Positions 38,236-52,289 are shown, counted from the first letter of the stretch. The stretch: DNA of 64,000 nucleotides from Mobula hypostoma (GCF_963921235.1 NC_086097.1:230952001-231016000); one strand, 5' to 3'. Program-made: numbers and translations. Notes: generated by a model not told the origin, from the sequence alone.

Positions 38236-40742
38236 AGGGAGTGAGTGAAGATTAAATCGACTTTCTCTCATCCTCATCAATCTGCCTGCTGCAGGTGCAC
38301 ATTCCCAAGACGGTGCAGCCAGCAGTAACCATAACAAAATCCTTGAGAAAATCAATGCCTGCCTTAAACTGAGGAAACTATCATAGTGTCTGTGGCACAA
38401 CTATCTTGTGAACGGATTTTGGCAACTCAACACGGAATATTCAAGAGGCATTGTCGTCCATCATAATAAACAAACTGTATTCTACTATCATATGCAATCT
38501 CATGGACCGAATATCTCAATTTGACCTTCACTGAGAGTTCTTGGTATAGAATGATTTTTTTAATTCCATGAGCAAGTTATTTTCATGGCCTATTGGACTC
38601 TGAAGGAAGGACCTGATAAAATCAGCTTAAGACTCATACTGTAACTCACCAAGAATAATTTTATTAATGACATACCATTGCCTTTGTGGGTCTACACATA
38701 TCTCAGTATGCCCTTGTTAGAAAGTATTTTTAGATCACATCATACATAAAACAGTTGCTATGCCTTTTGGACAGCTTTACATTTGATGAAGATGGTAAAA
38801 ATGCAACAACCAAACAGAAAAATGAATATTTTTTGCAGGTCTCTAGCTGTGCTGGTGACCTTTCTATTGCAATAAATATGAGAGGTGTTGCAATTCCTGT
38901 TAAGCTGGCAGAACAAAAAAAGCGTAAGATAGTCCTAACTAGTTTTCCTATCGGCAGTATTACTTCTAATTTAAAACTCCAGATTTAACAACTTTACACA
39001 TAACATAACAGTCAAGAACTTCTTTTACTAGAAACTTCACTTCAATGTTCAGCTGTGTATTTTTTCCCTACAAAGTAACATTTACTGCTTGCCAAGTAAT
39101 AAATGATCTTGCACAGGTTACAGAAACAGGCTAAAAGATTATCTGAGATCCAAAGACAATCAAATTAATTTGAAATCTGTGAGATAAATTCAAGGGATAG
39201 TTGTCGAATTAACCCTGCTGTTCACCTGTGACCAACATGAATAAGATCAATGCCTTTCAGTTGCTCGTACTGAGGGATTATATTGTAGAGATAGGCTTTG
39301 AGGTTTACCCCAATGAATATCACCATGATGAAAACATGATTTGTCCTTCACTTTGTAATAAAGAATGAATGAATGGTATCATTCCAAGGAGATAATCGGC
39401 AACTAGCTGCAACAGCTCACTGCAGCCTGAAAGATGAACAAATGCCATGGACTGCTTTTTTTTTTACTGAACAGAAACCATAGCAACAGAAGTTGAAGCT
39501 TTTCACTTCAGAGATAAAATACCATCTGAAACGTGTTGCATTTAAACCTACTTTAGTTTGCAGGGTTAACAGCCTAGAATCATTCAAATCTTTTGGGATT
39601 TAATCCAATAACCATTACTAAATTTATACAGACCTATATAAATAAGATATCCAAAGGTATTTCATAAGAATAATAAGACCTCAATGTTAAGAATAAAATG
39701 CCAGGTGCAGGAGTAAGATGGTGACTTAAAAGTTGAATAGCTCAAATTGACGTTTCTGGGAAAACTTCAATTGCGGAAAATTCCATGTCACTTCATGGAG
39801 AAATGCGGCAAGTCATTGACATACTTTGTTTGTGCTCCTACAGTGCAGATAGAATCTGATTTTAGATGTTGTGGGTCGCTGTATTTCTCTCCCAGGTGTT
39901 AAGAAACTTGCCAAAGTTAGGGGCTGGGAGGTTGCTTGCTGGCTGTTCCATTGCTTCTTGCAAGTCAGATAGGACAAGAAGCAGAAAGGAAGTTCTCCCA
40001 GGGAAGCTGAGAGCTATCCTTCTTCAACTGCAAGTCTCTGACAGCCCAGTACCTGACTCTGCCTTCACCTATTTGCATTACTTGTGTTCAATTTGAATAC
40101 AGTGGGAAAGTGTTTATTAAGACCATGGATTAGGATTTTCAGAAGTTTGATTTGCTTCATATTTCATGGTGTTATGCATTCCTAAACTGTGTTACCTTGT
40201 TTACCTGTCGCTGCCATACAATAAAGTCAAAGCAATACTTTAAAATTAAGACAATTAATCAATATTTTTAAACTGACAGTAGATCTGTATATGATTCAGA
40301 TGGAAACATGTTGCATTAGTAATGACATGCTCTACATTTCACAAAAAATCAGTATTAATGTGTTTGACACCAAATTGAACAAGAGTAATTTTAGATGTAA
40401 TAATGGGACTAATGAAAACTGATAATTAGTGTCCTAAAAAGATCACTCAGTTGTAGGATTATTACTCTGCTCTTCAACAACTGCCATACACCAGAGAATT
40501 GTGAGCTGTTCTGCAACATTCACATGGGCTACTCACCATTCTGCAACTCCATATAATTATCAATATTTAATTATGCTAACTATTAGGCAATTAAACTATC
40601 AACAGGGACCGAAATTATAACACTACACACTTGCTCTCATTCGACTAACATTACCAGGAAATCAAAGAACTAGAGGCCTTGCACTTTTGCTTTCGTGCAA
40701 GAGGAAAGTACAGGGAGAGAAATTTCAAATATTATCTCAAAT

Positions 40743-41675
40743 ATAGAAACATAGAAAACCTACAGTACAATACAGGCCCTTTGGCCCGCAATACTGTGCG
40801 CAACATGTACTTTCTTTAGAAATTACTAGGGTTACTCATAGTCCTCTATTTTTCGAAGCTCCATGTACCTATCCAGGAGTCTCTTAAAAGATCCTGTTGT
40901 ATCTGCCTCTACCACAGTTGTCGGCAGCCCATTCCATTCACTCACCACTCTCTGCTTAAAAAAACTTACCCCTGACATCTCCTCTACTTCCAAGCATCTT
41001 AAAACTGTGCCCTCTCGTGTTAGCAGTTTCAGGCCTGGGAAAAAGCCTCTGGCTATCCACATGATCAATGCCTCTCAACATCTTGTACACCTCGATCAGG
41101 TTACCTCTCAGCCTCTGTCGCTCCAAGGAGCAAAGTCCAAGTTTACTCAACCTATTCTCGTAAGGCATGCTCCCCAATCCAGGCAGCATCCTTGCAAATC
41201 TCCTCTGCACCCTTTCTCTGGTTTCCACATCCTTCCTGTACTGAGGTGACCAGAACTGAGCACAGTACTCCAAGTGGGGTCTGACCGGGGTCCTATATAG
41301 CTGTAACATTACCTCTCGCCTCTTAAACTCAATCCCACGATTGATGAAGGCCAATGCACCTTATGCCTTCTTAACTACAGAGTCAACCTGCGTAGCAGCT
41401 TTGAGTGTCCTATGGACTCGGACCCAAAGGTCCCACTGATTCTCCACACTGCGGAGAGTCTTACCATTAATACTATATTCTGCCATCATATTTGACCTAC
41501 CAAAATGAACCACCTCACACTTATCTGGGTTGAACTCCATCTGCCACTTCTCAGCCGAGTTTTGCATCCTATCGATGTCCTGCTGTAACCTCTGATAACC
41601 CTCCACACTATCCACAACACCTCCAACCTTTGTTTCATCGGCAAACTTACTAACCCATCCCTCCACTTCCTCAAA
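40743..41675 (-). mobile_element. CR1 LINE 3' fragment
   Basis: SKFADETK, RPHLEYCAQFW, (atagaaac)n tail. Confidence 0.92.
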
Positions 41676-41798
41676 TATCACTGGAGTGTTGCTCAATGTT
41701 GATGGTGGAACATTAACATGCTGAAATAACTTTTAAAAATCCGATCTTTAACATCATTGTAAATATTCTACGTCATTGAAAATTGATTCCCTTTATCC

Positions 41799-42966
41799 CC
41801 AACCACCGGGCCGCGAGGAAACGATATGATTTGGCGACATGAGTCAGCTGCACCTTTCCTCATTCCCTGACACGCCCACTGTTGAGCTTGAATACACGCG
41901 AGGTCATTACGCACACGTCATCCATGTCAGCGAGCGAAGGAGATCAACACCTTGAACTTGCAAATGACAGCGGGCTGAAAAGTATGTTTGACATAACATC
42001 TCTGCTGGCATTCTGGATCAAAGTCAAGGCTAAATATCCTGAGACAGCCACGAAAGCACTGAAAACGTTGCTTCCATTTCCAACATATCTCTGCAATGAA
42101 TGCAACGAAAACTAAATTGCGGAATAGACTGGACATAAGGAACCCCATTCGAGTATCGCTGTCTCCTATCACCACTCAATGGCACCGTCTTGTTGCAGGG
42201 AAACACGCCCAGGGCTCCCACTGATTCAGCGATATTGGTGTGTTGCAATGATTTTATATGTTCATACGGGGGAAAATCTGTGCTGTGTGTTTAATATCCA
42301 AATGTTACTTAAAATGTTGTGATGCTATTGACTTATATAACCATACAACAATTACAGCACGGAAACGGGCCATCTCTGCCCTTCTAGTCCGTGCCGAACG
42401 CTACTCCCACCTTGTCCCACCGATCTGCATTCAGCCCATAACCCTCCATTCCTTTCCTGTCCATATACCTATCCAATTTTTCTTTAAATGATAATATCGA
42501 ACCTGCCTCTACCACTTCTACTGGAAGTTCTTTCAACACTTCCTTCAAGCTCCCCCGTCCTCCCCTGATAATTGATTTATCACTATATTCATGCGAGGAA
42601 AATATGTGCTGTGTGTAAGTGGTAAGTGGCTAATACACTCAATTTCGTTCCTAAAAGGGTTTATCTAACGAATTTAATATTAATTAGCCACTTACCACCT
42701 ATATTCCGGTCGCGATTAACACCACTCCCCTCCAAACAGAATCGCCAAAAACGATTTCCAGAAAAAAAATCGGCAGGTACACGCATGCGCACTGGTGCCC
42801 GCGCAAGGCTTCACGGTCAGTATAGTCTTGGGGTAAACGTAACGGACTTGACTGCTACTTTTGTCCGTTGGCAACCCTACCCCCCCCCCCCCCGGGGTCG
42901 GCCGGTCCTCAAGAATATTGTCAATATTAAAGCGGTCCGCAATGCAAAAAAGGTTGGGGACCCCTG
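41799..42966 (+). mobile_element. Non-autonomous hAT (Buster/Charlie-like) element with transposase C-terminal remnant; contains a CR1-like tail at ~42333-42545
   Basis: 8 bp TSD ctttatcc at 41791-41798 and 42967-42974; right TIR ggttggggacccctg; FWIKVKAKYPETATKALKTLLPFPT. Confidence 0.85.
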
Positions 42967-43149
42967 CTTTATCCTATCTGGGTCTGGATTAAAGAGCAGG
43001 TACTGGAGTTACTCTGGGTTTGACATCAGTTTCAGTCCTGTTGATTTTAGTCCCTGATGATTAAAAAAATCAATGACAACAATTAGCAAAAAAGTAACAC
43101 GGTTTAAAAAAGTTAGAAGCCATTACTGGTATTAATAGACGTCAGCACA

Positions 43150-43805
43150 ACAGAGATGAAATGCTGACGGAACTCAGCAAGTCAGGCAGCATCTATGGAA
43201 ATAATGAAATGTCGGCTTTTCTGGCTGACACCCTTCAGCAGGACTGGAAAGGAAGGAGGAAGATGGCAGAAGGAGGAGGTGGGAAGAGAGGAAGGAGGAA
43301 CAGCTGGAAGCGATAGGTGAAGCCAGCTGGGTGGGGGAGGGGGGAATGAAATAAGAAGCTGGAAGGCATCAAGTGGAAAAGGTAAAGGGGTGGAGAAGAA
43401 AGAATCTGATCGGAGAGGAGAGTGGACCATGGGAGAAAGGTTACGGTGGGGGTGCTGGGTAGTTGAGGAGAACATGTGACAGGTTAGAGCGGGGAATAGA
43501 AGATGAGGCAAGGGGGAGGGAGATATGATCAGAAGTTAGAGAAGTTGATGTTCATGCCATCTACCTACAGGAATATGAGTTGTTGCTCCCATTCACCTGT
43601 CACCTTCTAGTTTGTCCTCCTTCCCCTCTCCCCACCTTCCTTTTCTGGCATCTTCCCCTTCTACTCCAGTCCTGATGAAGGGTCTTGGGTGAAAATGTTG
43701 ACTGTTTACTCATTTCCATCGATGCTGCCTGACCTGCTGAGATTCTCCAGCATTTTGCGTCTGTTGCTCTGGATTTCCAGCATCTGTAGAAACTCTTGTG
43801 TTTTT
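43150..43805. mobile_element. Two Penelope tails in inverted arrangement (junction ~43590)
   Basis: Purine-rich then pyrimidine-rich halves; degenerate hammerheads near 43208-43250 (-) and 43666-43705 (+). Confidence 0.85.
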
Positions 43806-43986
43806 GACACCGTCAGCACATTTGGTTGGGTTTTTTTTTTCTTTCACAACTTGAGGAGCTGAAGTTATCCCCTTCGGATGAGGCTCCTGAATCAAAGGGG
43901 ACAACTTCACTCAACTTCACTTGTCCCATCAGTGAAATGTTCCCATATCTATGGACTCATTTTCAAGGACTTTGCATCCCATATTT

Positions 43987-44050
43987 ATTGCTTGCTTGCT
44001 TGCTTGCTTGTTTGTTTGTTTGTTTGTTTGTTTATTTATTTATTTATTAT
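43987..44050. repeat. Compound microsatellite (ttgc)n(ttgt)n(ttta)n within a LINE-tail-like element (~43830-44230)
   Basis: Read directly. Confidence 0.9.
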
Positions 44051-44979
44051 TTCCTCTTTCTTTTTGTATTTTCACAGTTGTCTTTTGCACACTGGTGGTC
44101 TGCTCAGTTGGTGTGGTCTTTCATTCATTCTATTAAGTTTATTAGATTTATTGAGTATACCTGCAAGAAAGTGAATCTCAGGGTTGTACCTGGTACTTTC
44201 ATAGTAAATATACTTTGAACTTTGAACTGAAGTGCTGGCTTGTTGAAAACCAAATAGGACTGTCTCAATTAAAATCAAATTCTCCCATTGAGTATAAATA
44301 GCAACAAAAAGAATATCAATCTCAGAACTGGAAATGCTAGTGTTCGATCAGTAAAGGTTCTCAGCAGTCAGGAATCGAAAGGGAGAATGGAGAAGGGATC
44401 TGGAAAGGGAGGTTGCTGATTGAAAGAAATAGGAGTTAGTATAGAGAATAAAGGTTAGAGAGTAAGATCAGAAAAATGGGAATTAACAATCAGTCCATAA
44501 AGAGTAACATTTGAAAGATGGGTAATTAGAGAGCTCTGGGTGTGCTGCTGTGTATAACTGAGACAATCAAGGAACATATGAACTAGACTGGAAAACGGAA
44601 TTGAAAATGTTTGCTCATTATTTTATTAAATGGCAGATGATCTGTGGTGTTCATTGTGGGGCTTCTCATGTTCTTATATTAAACCTTTAAATGTTTACCC
44701 TCATTCTCAAATTCAGAGTCATGGAAGTAGGCCTTTGAGCCCACCACATCCATGCTAATCTTTTTTGACAATTCACATGAATCCTAACTCTGCCATGGAC
44801 AGTCCCAAACCCGGCTGCGAGGAGGGTCAGGCATGGGGCTAGCAACCCCATCCCATACCAATGTGTTGCAAAAAATGTTAACAGAAGCTCCAAAGACCTC
44901 ATTCCTGGGAGAGGAGGGATCTTTGAAGATGGGCTGCACCTGGGGACAATTTGAAAAACTAGCCCAGGATAGGAAGACT

Positions 44980-45585
44980 GAGCTGGAAGGATTGCTTGGG
45001 GCCCTGAATGGTAGTGAGGGACGAAGTGTTGGGGCAGGTATAACGTTTGTTCTGCTTGCAACGGTAAGTGCCAGGAGGGAGATCAGTGGGGAGGGATGAA
45101 TGGACAAGGAAGTTGCGTAGGGAGTGATCTCTGAACAAAGCAGAAAGTGGGGGGGGGGGAGGGATCCCTTTGGAGATGGTGGAAGTTACGGAGAATTATG
45201 TGCTGGACATGGAGGCTGGTGGGGTGGTAGGTGAGGACAAGAGGAACCCTATCGCTGGTAGGGTGACGGGAGGATGTGGTTGAGGGCAGCATTGATGGTG
45301 GAGGAAGGGAAGCCCCTTTCTTTGAAAAAGGAGGACACCTCCTCGTTCTGGAATGAAAAAGCCTCATCCTGAGAGCAGATGCAGCAGAGACTAAAGAATT
45401 GAGAGAAGGAGATGGCGTTTTCACAAGTAACAGGGTGGAACTTCGACGGGAGTTCAGAGGAACTCAGCAGGCCAGGCAACATCTATGAAAATGACCATGT
45501 CCTGAAAAAGGGGTCTTGGCCCGAAACATCGACTGTTTATTCATTTCCATAGATGCTGAATTCCTCCAGCATTTTGTGTGTTCGT
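44980..45585 (-). mobile_element. Penelope internal fragment plus rearranged tails
   Basis: RVPLVLTYHPTSLHVQHIILRNF homologous to 30131-31168; hammerhead-like motif at ~45497-45535 (+). Confidence 0.85.
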
Positions 45586-46207
45586 GCTTCTAAGCTTGCT
45601 GGATTTACAAGTTTCTCCCTACCAGCTGCACTGCTACTAAGTTTTCCACCTCCCTATCAAATTAACTTCAGCCTTTCTGAATAGCGTGAGCAAAGCCATG
45701 TGAAAGGATATTGGTCCCTCACCAGTTTAGGTGTAATCTATCCTTTGTACAGTTCCAGTTACTCCAGAAATGATCTCAATGACTCAACTCTTTTCCAGAC
45801 TCTAAGTTCACAATAACAGTACTTATTTCCTTAAAATTTCTCTGCAATCATAAACTGAAGCGCGATAATAAAATAAAGCACATTGAGATGCCATGACAAA
45901 TCTGCTGAATTTAGTGGAAAAGTATCCCCAGCAAATAGGATTAAAGGAACATAAGAGCACTTGTTTATATCATAAAGAACATTAAACTGTAACAATAACC
46001 AGCTCTACATGATTGTTTTATAAATTGCCTTCAGCGTAAAGATATGGTTTGAAATATAAAAAATCACTAAGCAATTTCATAAGTAGTGATCAACTGCATG
46101 TCTGGTATCTGGTGAGATAAAAGGACTACATAGATTAAACTTTAAGCAGTGATCAATCGCCATGACATGTATCCATCTCACAATACTACTACAGGTTTCT
46201 TCTATCG

Positions 46208-46490
46208 GCAACACACAATCTGCTGGAAGAACTCAGCAGGTTGAGCAGCGTCAGAAGGAGGAGAGAAATCCTCACCATTTTGAGTCAAAACCCTGCATCA
46301 GGACTGAGAGTCGAGAGGGGAAGGGAATTGACAAGAAATGATTCTGACCACCTCACCTCTGAACTCTCAGTCCCAATGCAGGATTTTGACCCGAAACGTC
46401 GATAATTTCTTTCCTCCCGCCAATGCTGTTTGTCCTGCTGAGTCCCTCCAGCAGACTGTGAGATGCTCCTGATTCCAGCACATACAGCCT
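46208..46490. mobile_element. Older Penelope-tail inverted pair; single related half at ~46695-46800
   Basis: cacaatctgctggaagaactcagcagg pairs with cctgctgagtccctccagcagactgtg; hammerhead-like remnants on both arms. Confidence 0.7.
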
Positions 46491-47619
46491 CTTCTTCAAT
46501 GAGCATAAGTGGGAAGTCTTGTAGGATATTCAAGCTACTTTCAATCAAAATATATATTCATAAAAATGACAAACTGATTATTTCAATATAACACTGAAAC
46601 AATGAGATGTTTCTTCATCTTAATATCACTTCAGCGTGAACAAAGATGAAGTGTTTTCTATAAGTGATAGATAACACACACACTTCTATCAGTAACGCAC
46701 AATATGCTGGAAGAACTCAGCAGGTCAGGGCGGGTCACTGGGAGGAGAAAAATCATCACCGTTTTGGGTCCAAGTCTTGCACCAGGACTGGAGGCAGAGA
46801 GGCAAATGAATAGTGTGTGTGGTGTACCGTATCTGTCAGCAGGTTACAATGATTAGATGTGCACTGAAACCAGTATGTTACATGAATATCAACCTTGCAC
46901 CGATAAGAGGCCATCATTTCAAGGTCAGTACTGAAGAACTGACTACTTGTCTGTTTTATTGCTTTGAGGAACTTTCAGATCAGTCAGATGGAACTGGAGA
47001 AGAAAATATTGGAATGTTAATTCTTTTTCACTTCCTGCTCAATTTACTGTTGTTTCCACTATTTTATTATTATTGTGGATTTTTACCATCTTTGCTAAGA
47101 AACAGAAAGGGAAAAAGGATTCTCCTTTCCATTGACTCAACATCCTTTGAGCAATCTCAAAGCTTCTGTTCTATTCAGTTTCCTTTAGATAGCATGACTT
47201 GCCAGCTCTCTTAAATACCTATCACTGACACTATATGGCTGCAACTTTGGAAACTGAGATGAGACTTCCCAAACTAATTTTACTTCCTACTGGCAGATGC
47301 TCTGAATTGATTGATCTGGATTACATTCAAACACAAGCCTTTACAATAAAACAGCAGTTTACATTTTCTTGCCAGAATTTTTTTTTAATCCCACAACCAA
47401 AATCACTGATTTCTTGCTGGGTTGTAATAGACCTGATCAAGGTTAATTTATGAGCAGGAGCTGCCTAAATCCATGCCAGGACAAGCGAGATCTCCAGCTG
47501 TTGTCTGGGATGCAAAGAGGCATATGGAATGCCAAATGACAAAAAGATCAACAACAAATTAAGTCACGGTTGTCCTTTCATAGATTTTAATGCATCTCAC
47601 AGTATTTTTTATTAAATGT

Positions 47620-48190
47620 AACTGTGGTGGTGAAGAACACATAGAGTATACCTACTTTGATTAGCTGAGATATGGAGTACAAGATCAAGGAAGTTATGTT
47701 ACAGCTTTGTAAAATACTGGTAAGATTACAATGGAGCACTGTCTGCAGCTATGGTCACCATTGTGTGCAGATGAGATACAGCAGTGTGTTGCCTAGAATA
47801 CAACATTTCATTTATGAGGTTGGGTTTGGCTTCCTTGAAATGGCACAAGCTGAGGGCAGATCTGATTAAGGTGTGAGGGGCAGAGACTAGGTAGACAGCA
47901 GTAACCATTTCACAAAAAGAGAGATACCAAGAAGGGAAGAGGGTTAGAGAGTATCTGGGGAAGAACTATCTTACACCCAGAGTGTCTAGAATCAAGACCG
48001 CATTGCCTGAATGGGCAATGAAGGCAGCTACTCTGACAATACTTAAATAGCATCTTGATGAGCACTTGAACAAACAAGATTTAAAAAGCTATGGGTAAAG
48101 TGCTGAGAAATGGGATGGTTATAGACGGACAATTTTTGCTCAGCTCATCATTGATGTAGTGGGCCAAAAAGCCATAGTTTCTATGCAGGA
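47620..48190 (+). mobile_element. Old CR1 3' fragment
   Basis: EYKIKEVMLQLCKILVR followed by decayed CR1 tail. Confidence 0.7.
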
Positions 48191-48319
48191 TAACTTAAAT
48201 TATTGTTTCTACAGAGTTTCATTAAGAGTTCAAAATAATGCTGTTTTTGTAATGGACATCTCACTCCAAATATGAAGGCAGAAATTCAGAACTTCCATTT
48301 TAAGCTGATTTAAGTATTT

Positions 48320-48765
48320 GGTTTTAAATGGTTGTAAGCGCTGGGTCGATTCGGAAAGATCAGGTATGGGCCCGCATCAAGGCAGCAGGGCCCAGACCCC
48401 AGAGCGTATTGAAGTGACTGAACGCGATGTTTGGATGATGGATTCGGTGCTGAGCCAGACTGAAAAGGACAGGATGTCGGGGCCCGTGGTGAGGGATGGG
48501 CAGGTTCAGCTCGCTGCTCCACTCTGCACTGAACTAAGGGTCTGAGGGTAGACACTCATTGTAGACTTCAGTTCAGAATGCCATTTGCTTGCGTTTATTG
48601 TTTGCACGATTTGTGTTCTTTGTCTCTCTGCACATTGGGTGTTTGACGGTCTTTTTTTTTATGGGTTCTTTTGGGTTTCTTTGTTTCATGGCTGCCCTAT
48701 TAGAAGACAAGTCTCAAGGTTGTATAATCTACACACACTTTGATAAATGTACTTTGAACTTTGAG
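48320..48765 (+). mobile_element. Unclassified non-coding element with tactttgaactttga tail
   Basis: Similar to 54500-54892 and to the reverse complement of 3121-3560. Confidence 0.6.
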
Positions 48766-50489
48766 GTGCTTGGTCTCACAATCTCAGAACCTGAACAGAT
48801 CAACTCACTAGATTCAATGAGAAGCAAAAAAACAGTGTTTGTTTGCCCCTTGTTCAGTGCGTGCAAAGAAGTTAAATGTAATGGTCACAGATGCACATCA
48901 ATGCAGGCATAGTGACCGACACATGCCTAAGCAAGCACAGTAAGGATGAAACAATGCAAACCCCATTCATGCCTCTGTAACAAACAGAAAGTCAATGGAG
49001 AAATTCTGTAACATGTTTATTGACAAACAAATCAGACTAGGGACCACCAGCCGTTGTGCAAGGTGCTTCCGATATATCTCCCCAAATACCTATTTTAATT
49101 ACATAACTTATAAGGTGATCAGTGTGGCTTTTCAAACATTGGAGGTAAACAGAGTGTTGAATTAAAGGAGGTTTCAGCTAGGATTCTGGTAAATAAGTAT
49201 TTGCAGTATTCACACCAAGACTAAATAACTAATGATTGAAGATCAAACACACAAAGTGCCTTCTTTATGAAGCACAGCAGATACATAGACAAATTCACTC
49301 AGCTAAAGAGGGAGCCCCAAGAAAATGATTTAATCCCATCTGCCCCCGAGATCCAACAAACATTCTCAGTTCTTTCAGAGACTAAATCATCGCCGAAGAA
49401 AATCTACCAGATCTAAAGAAAACTACTCTATGATTTATAGAGTCTGATATGCTGTTCAGGACAGAGCTTTTTATGATCATGAGATATTTTGTTACACTTG
49501 AAAATATAGCAGAGTTGCAGTAATTTGAATTAATTAGCTCTTTTATTACCACACTGGAAAATAATGAATGCTTTTAACAAGCCAACTGTTCTTCTGGCCA
49601 AACTGAGCATTCCCTGAAGATACCACTAATGACTTTCTGTACCTCAACCACACAAAAAAATGATCTAGTGGAATGCTTTACGCTGTCCGGCTTTCATAAC
49701 TTATTTTTTTCAGAAGGCTAATAAGGAACAATCAGGCTTCTGTCTATTAGCATTCATGACTTCAGAGTCAACCACAAAACTTTTTTTCTCTGTATCACAA
49801 AGATAATTGCAGGTGCAGCAGGTCATTTAGCTGACCCAGCTCATTATCTTATCAAAAACTACAGTTGTAATATACTATCTAACCATTTATATCACGATTC
49901 AAAGATTTTGTTGACTGTGCCATCTTATATAGAAGGCTATTAAAAATACTAAGCATACTTTGGATAAAGAAATGCTTCCTGATATTTGTCTTTCATCTGC
50001 CCTTCAGCAATTTGTATCAAATTACTAAATTAAATACAAATATTGAGTATTCCTTTCTGCTATAATTCAAACTGAATTAAGACTCTGATTCACTCTTCCA
50101 TCATTTACGGTGTTGGAGAAATTTGTACAATTCCCCTTCCCATTTAGCTCCTTGCAAAGTGGAATTGCTTTTGCATATAACACAGTCCTTTGACAGTGGA
50201 AATCAATCACACAGCTTTTGTTTGTAGGATTGGACTCCTCTTGTTTTGATGAAGAAAAATGAATAAAGGTCTCACCCAGAGCTCTGGGCGTCTTTTGGAT
50301 ATTCAACGACATTGAAGCAGAAAGAAAATGTTATCAAGGGCTTCAGATTCAAGATCACCCAAAATCAATTTCACCTCTACATCCACAGAGGAAGAACTGC
50401 ATAAAGCAAGCATATGTAAAGCAGAAGTTGTATGAGCGGGAGGTAAGAGAAAGCAGTAAAGGTTAGACAACGCTCATAACTGGATTAGT

Positions 50490-52285
50490 AGCTCGGCAAT
50501 GAAATAAAGCAGCTGTCACCAAAGAGAAGGCTGAGTTTGTTCCAGTAAGTGAGCCCTGATGGTGTTCCGGGCCAAACCCACAGTTCAGCTGGCGGGGATA
50601 TTTGCAGACATTATTATCATCTTCCTGCTTGAATAAGAGCTTCCTATCTGCTTTAAGAAGACCACTATCACCCTTGTACCTTAGAAATAGAAGGTACCAT
50701 GCTTTAGTGACTGAGACCTGGAGGATTTGATATCTGCCATCAAGTGTTTTGAGTAACTGGTCATGGCACACACCAACGCCAGCCTCCCCTGACCAACTGC
50801 AGTTTATCTACCACTAAAACAGGTGAATGGCAGAATCTAACCACTCATTTCTCTCTACAAAGGTTCAAAGGTCCATATACAACTTGAGATTTGTATTCTC
50901 CAGATAGCCAGGAAAAAAGAAATAATATGAAAGTCATTCGGAGAGAAACATCAAACCCACCTACCCAACCCACCCCCCTGTACAAAGATGAAAAGATGAA
51001 CAGCATCCTGATCATTAACCCCCTTCTCCCCACACAAAACAGAACAGGAATACTGACCCCAAAAAACACCCCCTACCCCACACAAAAAACTAACAGAACA
51101 TCAACTAACAGCACAACAAAGCAGAATAGAAACTGCCAACAAAAACATAGAATATAAAGATTACAAAAAGCCCACAGTCCGTAAACACAATAGTCCAATC
51201 CACAGCCGCAGAACCATGATACCATCCTACGATATCGCCGACATTCATCGAAAGAGAAGAGAGGGATAGCACACGAGGCAGAGAGGCCTACCCACCTGCC
51301 AGAGTGAGACACATAGCGATAGGCCACTCATAGACTCCTTTTCCAGCAGCGATCAAATGCCCGGCAGTTGGCACTAAAACTCTAGACTACTATTTATTGG
51401 TGACAGCTTTACTTTCAAACCAACTCATCTCCAACCTCCTGGATCTGAAATCCAGTATCTCCCTTTGCAAATGGATCCTTGACTTTCTGACGATTGCTCT
51501 ATTTTCAGTAAGGAAAGGCAGCAACACCCCCACCATAATATATTCTTAATTCTGATGGCCCACAATGTTGTTTCCTCAGCCTCCTATTCTAGTCTCTGTA
51601 CACTCCTGACTGTATGGCGAGATTCTTCTCTAATTCCAGCTACAGTTTGACAGATGATTCCTCTGTCATGGGCCAAGACTCAAATAATGATGAGTCACAG
51701 TGCAGGAAGGAGATAGGAAGCCCAATAACATGGTGTCATGATAATAGCCTTCCTTTTGATGCCAACAAAAGTTGGTCATTGACTTCATGAGAGGGTCATT
51801 ACACATGCTCCTGTTTACATCAATGGTGCTGAGGTCGAGAAGGTTGAGGGTATCAAGTTCCTTGGAGTGAACATCACCATGACCTGCCCTGGTCAAAGAA
51901 AGCCTCCACTTCCTCAGGAGGGTAAAGAAATTTGCTACATCCTCTTGACTCACTAATTTTTATCAATACACCATAGCAAGCGTCCAATCAAGATGCATCA
52001 TCGCTTGAGATTGCAACTGTTCTTCTCGTGACTGCAAGAATCTGCAGAGTCATGAACACAGCTCAACACATCACAGAAACCAGCCTCCTCTCCATACTTC
52101 TCGCTGCCTCAGTAAAGCAACCAGCATAATCAAAGATCCTATCTCTGCACCCCCCCCACCCCAAAACGTACTCTAATCTTACCCCTCCCATCAGGCAGAA
52201 AATACAAAAGCCTGAAAGCATGTAGAACGAGGCTCAAGGACAGCTTCCATATCACAGCTGGAAGACTATTAATGCTTGCCTAGTA
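50490..52285 (+). mobile_element. Heavily decayed Rex1-type LINE, interrupted by a minus-strand non-coding element (~50860-51385)
   Basis: PDGVPG, CFKKTTI, LCKWILDFL and KFLGVNI remnants. Confidence 0.7.
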
Positions 52286-52289
52286 TGAT

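Noticed and set aside
39866..40096. 76-aa plus-strand ORF and nearby minus-strand acceptor-like site
   Set aside because: No recognisable domain; minus frames hit stops
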